From the NCBI GenBank assembly GCA_045863235.1, contig BTUM01000016.1, forward strand, positions 1 to 64,000: a stretch of 64,000 nt of DNA, written 5' to 3'. The notes under the pieces are model-generated. The model searched no databases and was not told the DNA's origin. It saw nothing but the letters and a program-made list of their open reading frames with translations. The position numbers and the translations under genes were made by a program. The DNA comes from Candidatus Xenobia bacterium. Lineage in GTDB: Bacteria > Vulcanimicrobiota > Xenobia > Xenobiales > QWHO01. Below are positions 44,226 to 52,125 of the stretch, one piece after another. Each line of letters opens with the position of its first letter. Positions within the stretch are counted from its first letter, which is position 1.

Positions 44226-45041
44226 ATGGCAGCCCGCGCACTCTGGAGCGGATCGATCAACTTCGGGATGGTGAATATCCCCGTCAAGCTGTTCTCCGCC
44301 ACCAGCAACCACAACGTCTCCTTCCACCTCCTGCACGCCCCCTGCAAGAGCCGGGTCAAGTACCAGGTCTATTGCCCCGTGCACGAGACCGAGGTGCCCC
44401 GCAGCGACCTGGTCAAGGGCTACGAGTTTGCCAAGAACCAGTACGCGGTGCTGACCGAAGAGGACTTCGAGCAGCTGCCCGTTCCCTCCAGGCAGAGCAT
44501 CGAGCTGTCGGCCTTCGTCAAGCTCGACGAGGTCGATCCGCTCTACTTCGAGCAGAGCTTCTACCTGGCCCCCGATGAGATCGGCAAGAAAGCCTACGCT
44601 CTGCTGGTGCGCTCGCTGCAGGAGAAGGGCCTGGTGGGCATCGCCAAGGTGACCCTGCGCAATCAAGAGCGAGTCTGCGCCCTGCGCGCCAAAGACGGGG
44701 CGGTGGTGCTCTCCACGCTCCACTTTGCCGACGAGATCAAGGCCGTTCCCGAGGGCGTTCCGGGCGATCTCGAGGTGTCGGAGCGCGAGCTGCAGATGGC
44801 CAACACGCTGATCGACCTGTTGACGGCCGAGAAGTTCGAGGCCGGCGAGTTCAAGGACGAGTACCGAGAAGCGCTGATGAAGCTGATCGAGGCCAAGATC
44901 CAGGGCCAGGAGGTGGCCGCCTCGCCGGCTCCCGCGCCGGCCCAGGTGGTGGACCTGATGGCCGCCCTGCGGGCCAGCGTGGAAGCCGCCGAGAAGGCGC
45001 GCCAGAGCCGCCAGTCGGAGCCGAGCGTCAAGGCCGGGTGA
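44226..45041 (+). CDS. ku: Non-homologous end-joining protein Ku
   Basis: RALWSGSINFGMVNIPVKLFSAT, LVKGYE, IDLL...FKDEYREAL..LIEAK, VVDLMAALRASV. Confidence 0.95.
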   Translation: MAARALWSGSINFGMVNIPVKLFSATSNHNVSFHLLHAPCKSRVKYQVYCPVHETEVPRSDLVKGYEFAKNQYAVLTEEDFEQLPVPSRQSIELSAFVKLDEVDPLYFEQSFYLAPDEIGKKAYALLVRSLQEKGLVGIAKVTLRNQERVCALRAKDGAVVLSTLHFADEIKAVPEGVPGDLEVSERELQMANTLIDLLTAEKFEAGEFKDEYREALMKLIEAKIQGQEVAASPAPAPAQVVDLMAALRASVEAAEKARQSRQSEPSVKAG

Positions 45042-46069
45042 ACCTCCCCGTCCTGCCCCCGGTGGCCCCCATGCTGGCCAGCCTCAGCCGCGCCTTCCCC
45101 GAGGGTGCCGGCTGGAACTACGAGCCCAAGTGGGACGGCTTTCGCACGCTGATCTTCTTCGACGGCTCCGAGCTCTATCTGCAGAGCCGCGACCTCAAGC
45201 CGATGGGGCGCTACTTCCCCGAGCTGGAGCGCTCTCTGCGGGAGATTCTCCCGCCCCGGGTGGTGCTGGACGGCGAGCTGGTGGTCATCGGGCCGGAAGG
45301 GCTCGATTTCGACGCCCTGCAGATGCGTATCCACCCGGCCGCCTCGCGCATCCAGAAGCTGGCCGCCGAGATCCCCGCCTCCTTCGTGGCCTTCGATCTC
45401 CTGGCCCAGGACGGCCAGAGCCTGATGGCGGTGCCCCAGGTCGAGCGGCGCGCGCAGCTGGAGCGTCTGCTCTCGCAGGTGCCGCGCCCGGTCTACCTCA
45501 CCCCCAGCACCGGCGACCGGGCCCTGGCCGAGGTGTGGTTCCAGCGCTTCGAAGGAGCCGGCCTGGACGGCGTCATCGCCAAGCGCCACGAGCATCCGTA
45601 TCGCCCCGACAAGCGCGACTTCGTGAAGATCAAGCACCAGCGCACCGCTGATTGCGTGGTGGGCGGTTTTCGCTGGGCCAAGGACCAGGAAGGCCAGGCC
45701 GTAGGCTCGCTGCTGCTGGGGCTCTACGATGAGAGCGGCACCCTGCACCACGTGGGCCACACCTCCAGCTTCAAGGCGGCCGAGAAGCGCGAGCTGGTGC
45801 AGCGGCTCGAGCCCTACCGGGGAGGCGACAGCTTCGGCGACGGGCGCACCCCGGGCGCGCCCAGCCGCTGGACGGGCGGCAAGGACCTGAGCTGGGTGAA
45901 GCTGCGCCCCGAGCTGGTGTGCGAGGTGGCCTACGAGAAGCTGCAGCTAGACCGCTTCCGCCACGCCGCCACCTTCTTGCGCTGGCGCACGGACAAACCC
46001 GCCGAGCAGTGCGACTTCGCCCAGATCGACTCTCCCGCCCCCTTCGCGCTCGACGACATCTTCGGCTGA
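45038..46069 (+). CDS. ligC: ATP-dependent DNA ligase, LigC type
   Basis: PMLA, YEPKWDGFR, RYFPEL, FEGAGLDGVIAK, RTADCVVGGFRW, PGAPSRW.GGKDLSW, RFRH. Confidence 0.9.
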   Translation: MNLPVLPPVAPMLASLSRAFPEGAGWNYEPKWDGFRTLIFFDGSELYLQSRDLKPMGRYFPELERSLREILPPRVVLDGELVVIGPEGLDFDALQMRIHPAASRIQKLAAEIPASFVAFDLLAQDGQSLMAVPQVERRAQLERLLSQVPRPVYLTPSTGDRALAEVWFQRFEGAGLDGVIAKRHEHPYRPDKRDFVKIKHQRTADCVVGGFRWAKDQEGQAVGSLLLGLYDESGTLHHVGHTSSFKAAEKRELVQRLEPYRGGDSFGDGRTPGAPSRWTGGKDLSWVKLRPELVCEVAYEKLQLDRFRHAATFLRWRTDKPAEQCDFAQIDSPAPFALDDIFG

Positions 46070-47952
46070 TGCGCGCCCTGCCTATCGCGTTGCTGCTTGC
46101 CCTCTTGATGGTGCGCAACCTGGGCCCGCCCATCGACTTCGACGTCTGGTACCACGTGCGCATCGGCCAGGAGATCCAGCGCACCGGCGCGGTGCCCCAC
46201 TACGATACCCTGACCGGGGCGGCCGACAGGGTGGAGCCGCACTACTACGTCAACGACGAGTGGGGCATGGGCTGGCTTTGCTGGCAGCTCTACGGCAGCT
46301 GGGGCCACGCCGGGCTGGCCTTCGGGCTGGCCGGCCTCATTGGGCTGCTGGCCATGGCTATCTTCCTGGCCTGCCGGGCCGGCGGCGTTCCGGCCCTGCC
46401 GGCCACGCTCTCGGTGCTGCTGGCCGATGCCCTCATGCAGACCCGCTACGCGCTGCGGCCCCACCTGGTCACCCAGCTGCTGGCGGCGGCCATGATCGCC
46501 ATGTTGCTGCGCGCCGAGCGCTCGCCCCGCTGGCTCTGGGGCCTGCCTCCGGTCTTCGTGCTGTGGAGCAACGTGCACGCCGGGGTCTCGCTGGGCGTGG
46601 GGCTGCTGGGCCTGTGGTGGATCGGCTCGCTCTCGAGCTTGGGGCGCTTTCCCCTGAGCTGGCGCCAGCTGGCCCTGCCGACTCTGGGCTGCCTGGTGGC
46701 GCTGCTGTGCCGACCCGACGGCCACAAGCTCCCCATGTACGTGCTCACCCACTTTCGCCGCCCCCAGGTTTATGAGTGGGTGATGGAGTGGCAGCCGCTC
46801 ACGCGGGTCCTGCCCGACTGGTGGATGGGCCCGCTGCCGCTCTACCTGCTGCTGGCCCTGGTCGGCTTTCTGCTGGCCTGGCGCCAGAAGCGCCTCAAGC
46901 TGCCCTACCTCTTCGCCTGCCTGGCCCTGAGCTATTTCACCTTCCGCTGGGTGCGCGCCCTGGGCGAGCTGGGGGCGGTGGGGGTGCCGCTCATGGCCGC
47001 CACCTGGGCCAGCCTCAACTTCCCCGAGCGCCTCACGAAGCTGGCCAGAAGCCCCCTGCTCACGCTCCTCTTGAGCCTGCTCCTGGGCCTCTTGCTGGCC
47101 CGCGAGTGCACCCGCCCGGAGCACTTCCGATTCGAGCCGGGGCGCCACATCTACCCGGTCGGGGCAGTGGAGTTCCTCGAGCGGCATCCCGCCCGGGTGA
47201 TCTTCAACTCCAACCAGTTCGGCGGCTACCTGGTGTTCCGCCACCAGAAGCCGTTCTTTCACAGCGTGATGTCGGCCATCGCCGACCCTCTGCTGCGCGA
47301 CTATTTCGCGCTGCGGCAGAACCCCGAGCAGCTCGGCGAGATGGTCTCGCGCTACGGCCTGGATGCCTTCTTGCTGCACTACGAGTATTTCGACGATCTG
47401 AGCCGGCTGATCGCGGCCCTGGATCAGAGCCCGGACTGGGATCTGGTCTACTTCGACGACGTGGCCGTGCTCTACATGCCCTCCCGGCTGGGGCTACCGG
47501 CCTATCGGGCCCTGCACCCCGGCCGTCCCGACCCGCTCGGAACCGATCCTCTGGCCGCCCGGGCCGAGTTGGAGCGCTATCTGGCCGAGAGTCCCGGAGT
47601 GGCCCGCGGCTGGCTGCTGTGGGCCCTGCTGGGCGAGCGCACGGGCGAGCCGGCCATGCAGGCCGAGGGCTATCAAAAGGTGCTCGAGCTCACTCCCGAC
47701 AATGTGCAGGCCCGATTGGGACGGGCCCGGTTGCGCTTTGCCGCCAGGGACTTCGCCGGCGCCGCGGAGGATGCCCGCGAGGCCGTACGTCTGGCACCCG
47801 GCTACGCGCCGGCTCGCTTCAACCTGGCCGTGGCGCTGGCCGCCCAGAACGACCTGAAGGGGGCTCGGCGCGAGTTGGACCGGTGCCTGCAGCTCGACCC
47901 CGGCTTTCAGCCCGCCATCGAGCTGAAGAACAGGCTGACCCTGGCGCCCTGA
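46069..47952 (+). CDS. Multi-pass membrane protein (GT-C glycosyltransferase-like) with C-terminal TPR
   Basis: DFDVWYHVRIG loop after TM1, RPHL, LWSNVHAG, EWQP, YPVGAVEFL, FNSNQFGGYL; TPRs. Confidence 0.72.
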   Translation: MRALPIALLLALLMVRNLGPPIDFDVWYHVRIGQEIQRTGAVPHYDTLTGAADRVEPHYYVNDEWGMGWLCWQLYGSWGHAGLAFGLAGLIGLLAMAIFLACRAGGVPALPATLSVLLADALMQTRYALRPHLVTQLLAAAMIAMLLRAERSPRWLWGLPPVFVLWSNVHAGVSLGVGLLGLWWIGSLSSLGRFPLSWRQLALPTLGCLVALLCRPDGHKLPMYVLTHFRRPQVYEWVMEWQPLTRVLPDWWMGPLPLYLLLALVGFLLAWRQKRLKLPYLFACLALSYFTFRWVRALGELGAVGVPLMAATWASLNFPERLTKLARSPLLTLLLSLLLGLLLARECTRPEHFRFEPGRHIYPVGAVEFLERHPARVIFNSNQFGGYLVFRHQKPFFHSVMSAIADPLLRDYFALRQNPEQLGEMVSRYGLDAFLLHYEYFDDLSRLIAALDQSPDWDLVYFDDVAVLYMPSRLGLPAYRALHPGRPDPLGTDPLAARAELERYLAESPGVARGWLLWALLGERTGEPAMQAEGYQKVLELTPDNVQARLGRARLRFAARDFAGAAEDAREAVRLAPGYAPARFNLAVALAAQNDLKGARRELDRCLQLDPGFQPAIELKNRLTLAP

Positions 47953-48062
47953 CCCCTTGCTCCAGCTTCAGATCGATTGATCTGCCGCAGGGGCCACCAG
48001 GATAGATTCCTGGTCGAGGGGGGAGCGTCCTCAGGACGACCGCTTCGAGCGTAAATGATCCT

Positions 48063-48233
48063 GTGGACCTGTTCTTCTGGCTCGACGACTTCTTGAGGTC
48101 CCGCACGCCTCGAGCGGGCTGGTCGCTCTACGCGATTGAGTCCTTACGCGTCTTCGTCTTGATTCTGTCGACCGCCCTTTTAGCCTATGTCCTGGTGGAC
48201 AACTTCCACGTTCAGTTGCACCTTCCGGGGTAG
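48063..48233 (+). CDS. Possible 56-aa single-TM small protein, below the ORF track cutoff
   Basis: VDLFFWLDDFLRSRTPRAGWSLYAIESLRVFVLILSTALLAYVLVDNFHVQLHLPG*; fills an otherwise empty gap. Confidence 0.35.
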   Translation: MDLFFWLDDFLRSRTPRAGWSLYAIESLRVFVLILSTALLAYVLVDNFHVQLHLPG

Positions 48234-48289
48234 CCGTTCTGGCCAACGTGGGAATCTACCTGGCCAACAGGCCCTGATGGGGTGGTGTG

Positions 48290-48784
48290 TCAGAGCGCCT
48301 GGTTCTCGCTCTGCAGGGCCTTCCTGGTGGCCTCGATGCGAGGGCGTAGCGTGCCCTGGATGCGGTCGCGGTAGCTCATCGCGTCATGGTAGTTCCGATG
48401 ATACGAATGCTCGTTCTGGTCGCGGTACTCGCCGGCGCAATGATGCAACACGGCTGACCCCACTCCGGTGAATGCGCCCGAGGTGATGACCACGAGGCCA
48501 ACGGGCCACAGCATCGGAACCGAGCGACTGGCCACCAGCATTCCAATCCCCGCCAGGAAGGCGAGGCCTCCGGCCTTCTTGGCGCGACCCAGCTTGCCGC
48601 AGATCTTGCGGCCTCGAGCCGCGCGAGCCTTGTGTTTGTCCGCCGCGTCCAGAGCACAGGTGACCAGCGGCTCGAGCCGGTCGAGCTCCGCCTGATCGTG
48701 TTCCAGCCTCATTTGCAGCGCCCGACGCTCATCGGGAGGCAAGGCGGCTCGGGACGGACTGGCCGGAAAGAGTGTTACGTCCAT
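48290..48784 (-). CDS. Hypothetical protein with hydrophobic hairpin flanked by coiled coils
   Basis: TAGTCT 6 nt upstream of ATG; two adjacent TM helices. Confidence 0.68.
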   Translation of the reverse strand: MDVTLFPASPSRAALPPDERRALQMRLEHDQAELDRLEPLVTCALDAADKHKARAARGRKICGKLGRAKKAGGLAFLAGIGMLVASRSVPMLWPVGLVVITSGAFTGVGSAVLHHCAGEYRDQNEHSYHRNYHDAMSYRDRIQGTLRPRIEATRKALQSENQAL

Positions 48785-48995
48785 ATTGCCAGACTACCCC
48801 GGCACCCTCAAAAAGTGCTCAAATTGCTTTGGCTACAGCTTTCTTTTGGGACAGTCTTTCGTGTCAGTTGCCCAAGCACCCCTCGCTGCTGTGCACAGCG
48901 GCGCCGAACGCACGCCCACGGGTCCTATCGGATGGGACTTGGACGCGGAGCAGGGGGTCAAACAGTTACGAAAGACAGGCGCCCGACGTGTCGCT

Positions 48996-49024
48996 TTGAC
49001 TTTAGACGCGGAGGCACTTATAAT
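48996..49024 (+). promoter_or_regulatory. sigma70 promoter of vapBC
   Basis: TTGACT-N17-TATAAT, 8 nt before ATG 49033. Confidence 0.75.
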
Positions 49025-49032
49025 TGGCACAT

Positions 49033-49251
49033 ATGGCTCAGGTCACTATCTATCTTCCAGACGAGATTCTCAAGCACGTAAAGCGCGAGGCAAAGCGGCG
49101 CAAGATCAGCGTGTCAGCCTACTTGACCTCCCTGGCGAGCCGCGCAGCCAAGCCACCTGAGTGGCCGCCCGACTTTGCGAGTCTCTATGGCTCTTGCCCC
49201 GACCTCAAAGAACCGGAAGACCCGCCGCCTGGTCCCGTAGAAGCTCTGTGA
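49033..49251 (+). CDS. vapB: RHH/CopG-type antitoxin (VapB-like)
   Basis: MAQVTIYLPDE..VKREAKRRKISVSAYL ribbon-helix-helix; WPPDF..LYGS tail; GTGA overlap with the PIN gene. Confidence 0.8.
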   Translation: MAQVTIYLPDEILKHVKREAKRRKISVSAYLTSLASRAAKPPEWPPDFASLYGSCPDLKEPEDPPPGPVEAL

Positions 49252-49643
49252 GCTACCTGCTCGACACGAATATCTGCATCCGCTTCCTGAACGGGACCGA
49301 CTCGGATCTGGCCAAGCGGCTGCTGGACTGCCCACCCGACGAGCTCTTCCTCTGCAGCATCGTCAAGGCCGAGCTTCTTTACGGAGCCCGCAAAAGCGAT
49401 CGCGTCGCGGACAACCTTCTCAGGCTCGAGCGGTTCTTTGCCGCCCTGGAGTCTCTGCCATTCTCGGATGATGCCGCTTCGCAATACGGACTCCTTCGCG
49501 CCCAACTCGAGCGCAGCGGAGAGCTCATCGGCGCAAACGACATGCTTATCGCTTCGATAGCGCTCGCCTGGGACCTCACCCTGGCAACCCGGAACGTGCG
49601 CGAGTTGAGTCGTGTACCTGGACTACGCGTCGAACGTTGGTGA
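49248..49643 (+). CDS. vapC: VapC PIN-domain toxin
   Basis: YLLDTNICI, SIVKAELLYGARKS, IGANDMLIASIALA, LATRNVRE.SRVPGL..ERW. Confidence 0.93.
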   Translation: MSYLLDTNICIRFLNGTDSDLAKRLLDCPPDELFLCSIVKAELLYGARKSDRVADNLLRLERFFAALESLPFSDDAASQYGLLRAQLERSGELIGANDMLIASIALAWDLTLATRNVRELSRVPGLRVERW

Positions 49644-49917
49644 CGCTTTCGCTCGGGCAATCCACGCGAGTGGCCATTGACGGCCGGTTCCGTGGTCTCG
49701 AAGGACCACTCGCATCTCATTCAACGTTCTTCAGGCTTGTCAGGGTGAGGTAGACCGGAGTGGGCTCGGTCTCCGGTCGCGAATATCGAGCAGGGCGGCG
49801 GCCTGCAGTTCGCCCGGCAGCGCGAGGCTCCCCTCGAACACGACCAGAGCGCGCTCGGGCGCGAGCTCGACGAAAGGAGCTGACCGGACGCCTTCGGTCC
49901 CTACGGCGTGTGACCCG

Positions 49918-52029
49918 TCAGGCGTTGACGGTCTGCTCTTCCAGACGGCCAGCCAGCTCGGCCAGCACCTCGGCCTCGGTCTCGCGGCCGAGCAGGGTCG
50001 AAAGCTGGCTCAGCTTGCGGATGGTGGAAGGCAGCTCGGGGTGCTGGCCGTCCTCGCGGATCTTCAGGGACCGCCGCAGGTGCTTCTCGGCTTCCTCGAA
50101 GTCTTCGGTGGTGATCTGAAGGTCGACGAGCCGCTCCAGGCTGCGGGCCACCTCGGCGTGATCGGGCCCGTAGCGCTTCTCTTTCAGCTCGATGGCCCGC
50201 CGCAGCGAGTTGTCGGCCTCGAAGAAGTCCTCGGTCTGGATGTAGACATCGGCCAGGGCGATCAGGCGCTCGGAGATGTCCACCTCCTCGCCCTGAGCCT
50301 CGGAGAGCTCCAGGGCGCGCTTGAGGAGCGGCTCAGCCTCGGAGGGACGGGTGCGGGAAAGGTAGAGGTGAGCCAGCTTGTCCAGGTGGGGCACCAGGTT
50401 GGGGCTGCTCGCGCCCGACTTGCGCTCGTGGATCTCGACCGCCTTCTTGAGCAGGCTCTCGGCCGCATCGATGTGCTCGCGCGAGGTGTAGAACTCGACC
50501 AGAGCCTCGATGCTCTTGTCGGCGGCCGGATCGTCGGCCTCAGCCCTGAGCTCGACGGCCTGGGCCAGCAACGGCTCGGCTTCCTCCACCCGCCCGAGCT
50601 GGTTGTAGACCTCGGCCAGGCCCTCCAGGGCCGGGGCCAGGTCGGGATGCTCCTCGCCCAGCGTGAGCCGCTGGATGGAGACCCAGCGCTGCATGTAGGG
50701 CTCGGCCGCGTCGAAGCGGCTCAGGCCCAGGTTGATCTGTCCCAGCCTTTGCAGCACCTGGACCAGCTGCGGATGATCGGGCCCGAGCTCGGTCTCCTGC
50801 ACCGTAAGGATGCGGCGGAGCATGGGCTCTGCCTCGGGCAGCTTGCCCTGCAGCACCATGACCTCGGCCAGGCGGAACGAGGAGGCGAGCGACTCGGGAT
50901 GCTTGGGGTCGAGCTTGCTGCGGTGGGTGGCGGCCACCTTGCGCAACAAGGCCTCGGCCTCGGCCAGATTGCCGCGCTGTTGCTGCAATTCGCCCTGGGC
51001 CATCAAGACCTGGGCCACCAGGAGGTGATTGCTGCCATACTCGGCCTGGCGCAACTCCAGGGCGCGCCCGAGATGCTCTTCCACCTCGTCCAGCCGGTTG
51101 AGCGCCATCATCACCTCGCCCAGCTTCAACAGATGCGAGGCCAGCTCGGGATGGTCGTTGCCCAGATTGGCTTCCTGGATGGCCAGGTTGCGCCGCAACA
51201 GCTCTTCAGCCTCCTCGAAGCGGCGCTGTGCAATCATAAGATCGGCCATGTTGGTGAGGATCGTGCCCGTGTCGGGATGGGTATCTCCCAGCACCTTCTC
51301 GCGAATGGCCAGCGCCTTCTGGTAGAGGGGCTCGGCCTCGCTGTAGCGCTCTTGAGCGCGATACAGCTCGGCCAGGTTCTTCAAATCGGTGGCCACGTCG
51401 GGGTGGTCGCCGCCCAGCTCTTGCTCATCGATCTCCAGGGCGCGCAAACAGAGAGGCTCAGCCTCTTCGAAACGCTTGTCGAGATAGCAGATGGCGGCCA
51501 GATTGTTGAGCGTGGCGGCCAGACCGGCGTGGTTGGGCCCGAAAGCCTTCTCGAGGATGTCCAGCGAGCGCGAATAGAGGGGCTCAGCCTCGGTATGCCG
51601 GCCCTGGGCCATGCGCACCGAGGCCAGGTTGCTCAGCTGCTTGGCCACGTCGGGATGCTCCGGCCCAAGGCTGGACTCTTTCAGCATCAAGGCCCGCTCG
51701 GAGTGCGCCTCGGCGGCGGTGAAGTCGCCCCGCATGCTGGCCAGGCCGGCCAGGTTGTCGAGCACGCCCGCGAGCTCGGGGTGAGCCGGGTCGGCGGCCT
51801 CGAAGATCTCCAGGGCGCGCTGGCTGAGGGGTTCGGCCTTGGCAAACTCGCCGTGGGTGGTGTGCAGGGTGGCCAGACGGCTCAAGCTGGTGCCCAGCCG
51901 CACGTCCTCGGCCCCAAAGTTCTTCTCGGCCTCACGGACGGCGGCCCCGTAGAGCTCTTCAGCCTTCTCGTAAAGCCCCTGCTTGAAATATTTGTTACCC
52001 GACTCGAGGTAAGTCTGCCAGACAATCAT
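49918..52029 (-). CDS. Tetratricopeptide repeat protein (42-aa kinesin-light-chain-type repeats)
   Basis: About 15 repeats of LGPEHPDVA..L.NLA.LY...GRY.EAEPL..RAL.I.E. Confidence 0.92.
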   Translation of the reverse strand: MIVWQTYLESGNKYFKQGLYEKAEELYGAAVREAEKNFGAEDVRLGTSLSRLATLHTTHGEFAKAEPLSQRALEIFEAADPAHPELAGVLDNLAGLASMRGDFTAAEAHSERALMLKESSLGPEHPDVAKQLSNLASVRMAQGRHTEAEPLYSRSLDILEKAFGPNHAGLAATLNNLAAICYLDKRFEEAEPLCLRALEIDEQELGGDHPDVATDLKNLAELYRAQERYSEAEPLYQKALAIREKVLGDTHPDTGTILTNMADLMIAQRRFEEAEELLRRNLAIQEANLGNDHPELASHLLKLGEVMMALNRLDEVEEHLGRALELRQAEYGSNHLLVAQVLMAQGELQQQRGNLAEAEALLRKVAATHRSKLDPKHPESLASSFRLAEVMVLQGKLPEAEPMLRRILTVQETELGPDHPQLVQVLQRLGQINLGLSRFDAAEPYMQRWVSIQRLTLGEEHPDLAPALEGLAEVYNQLGRVEEAEPLLAQAVELRAEADDPAADKSIEALVEFYTSREHIDAAESLLKKAVEIHERKSGASSPNLVPHLDKLAHLYLSRTRPSEAEPLLKRALELSEAQGEEVDISERLIALADVYIQTEDFFEADNSLRRAIELKEKRYGPDHAEVARSLERLVDLQITTEDFEEAEKHLRRSLKIREDGQHPELPSTIRKLSQLSTLLGRETEAEVLAELAGRLEEQTVNA

Positions 52030-52125
52030 CGCTCAGGGCCGTCCATGATCAAGATGCCGATCGCCATTCTTGGCCTGTCTGTCATTCCCCTACACAATCG
52101 AGAATTTCAGCGACGACAGGAGCGG

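Noticed and set aside
49033..49643. vapBC as a novel defence system
   Set aside because: Ordinary RHH antitoxin plus PIN toxin with canonical motifs
49650..49917. Possible structured ncRNA between vapC and the TPR gene
   Set aside because: Several short hairpins but no recognisable family motif; the minus strand reads like a frameshifted coding remnant (FVELAPERALVVFEG.../PETEPTPVYLTL), so neither call is supportable
49918..52029. 126-nt periodicity as a DNA repeat array or CRISPR
   Set aside because: Explained by degenerate 42-aa TPR repeats; there are no identical repeats with unique spacers and no cas genes
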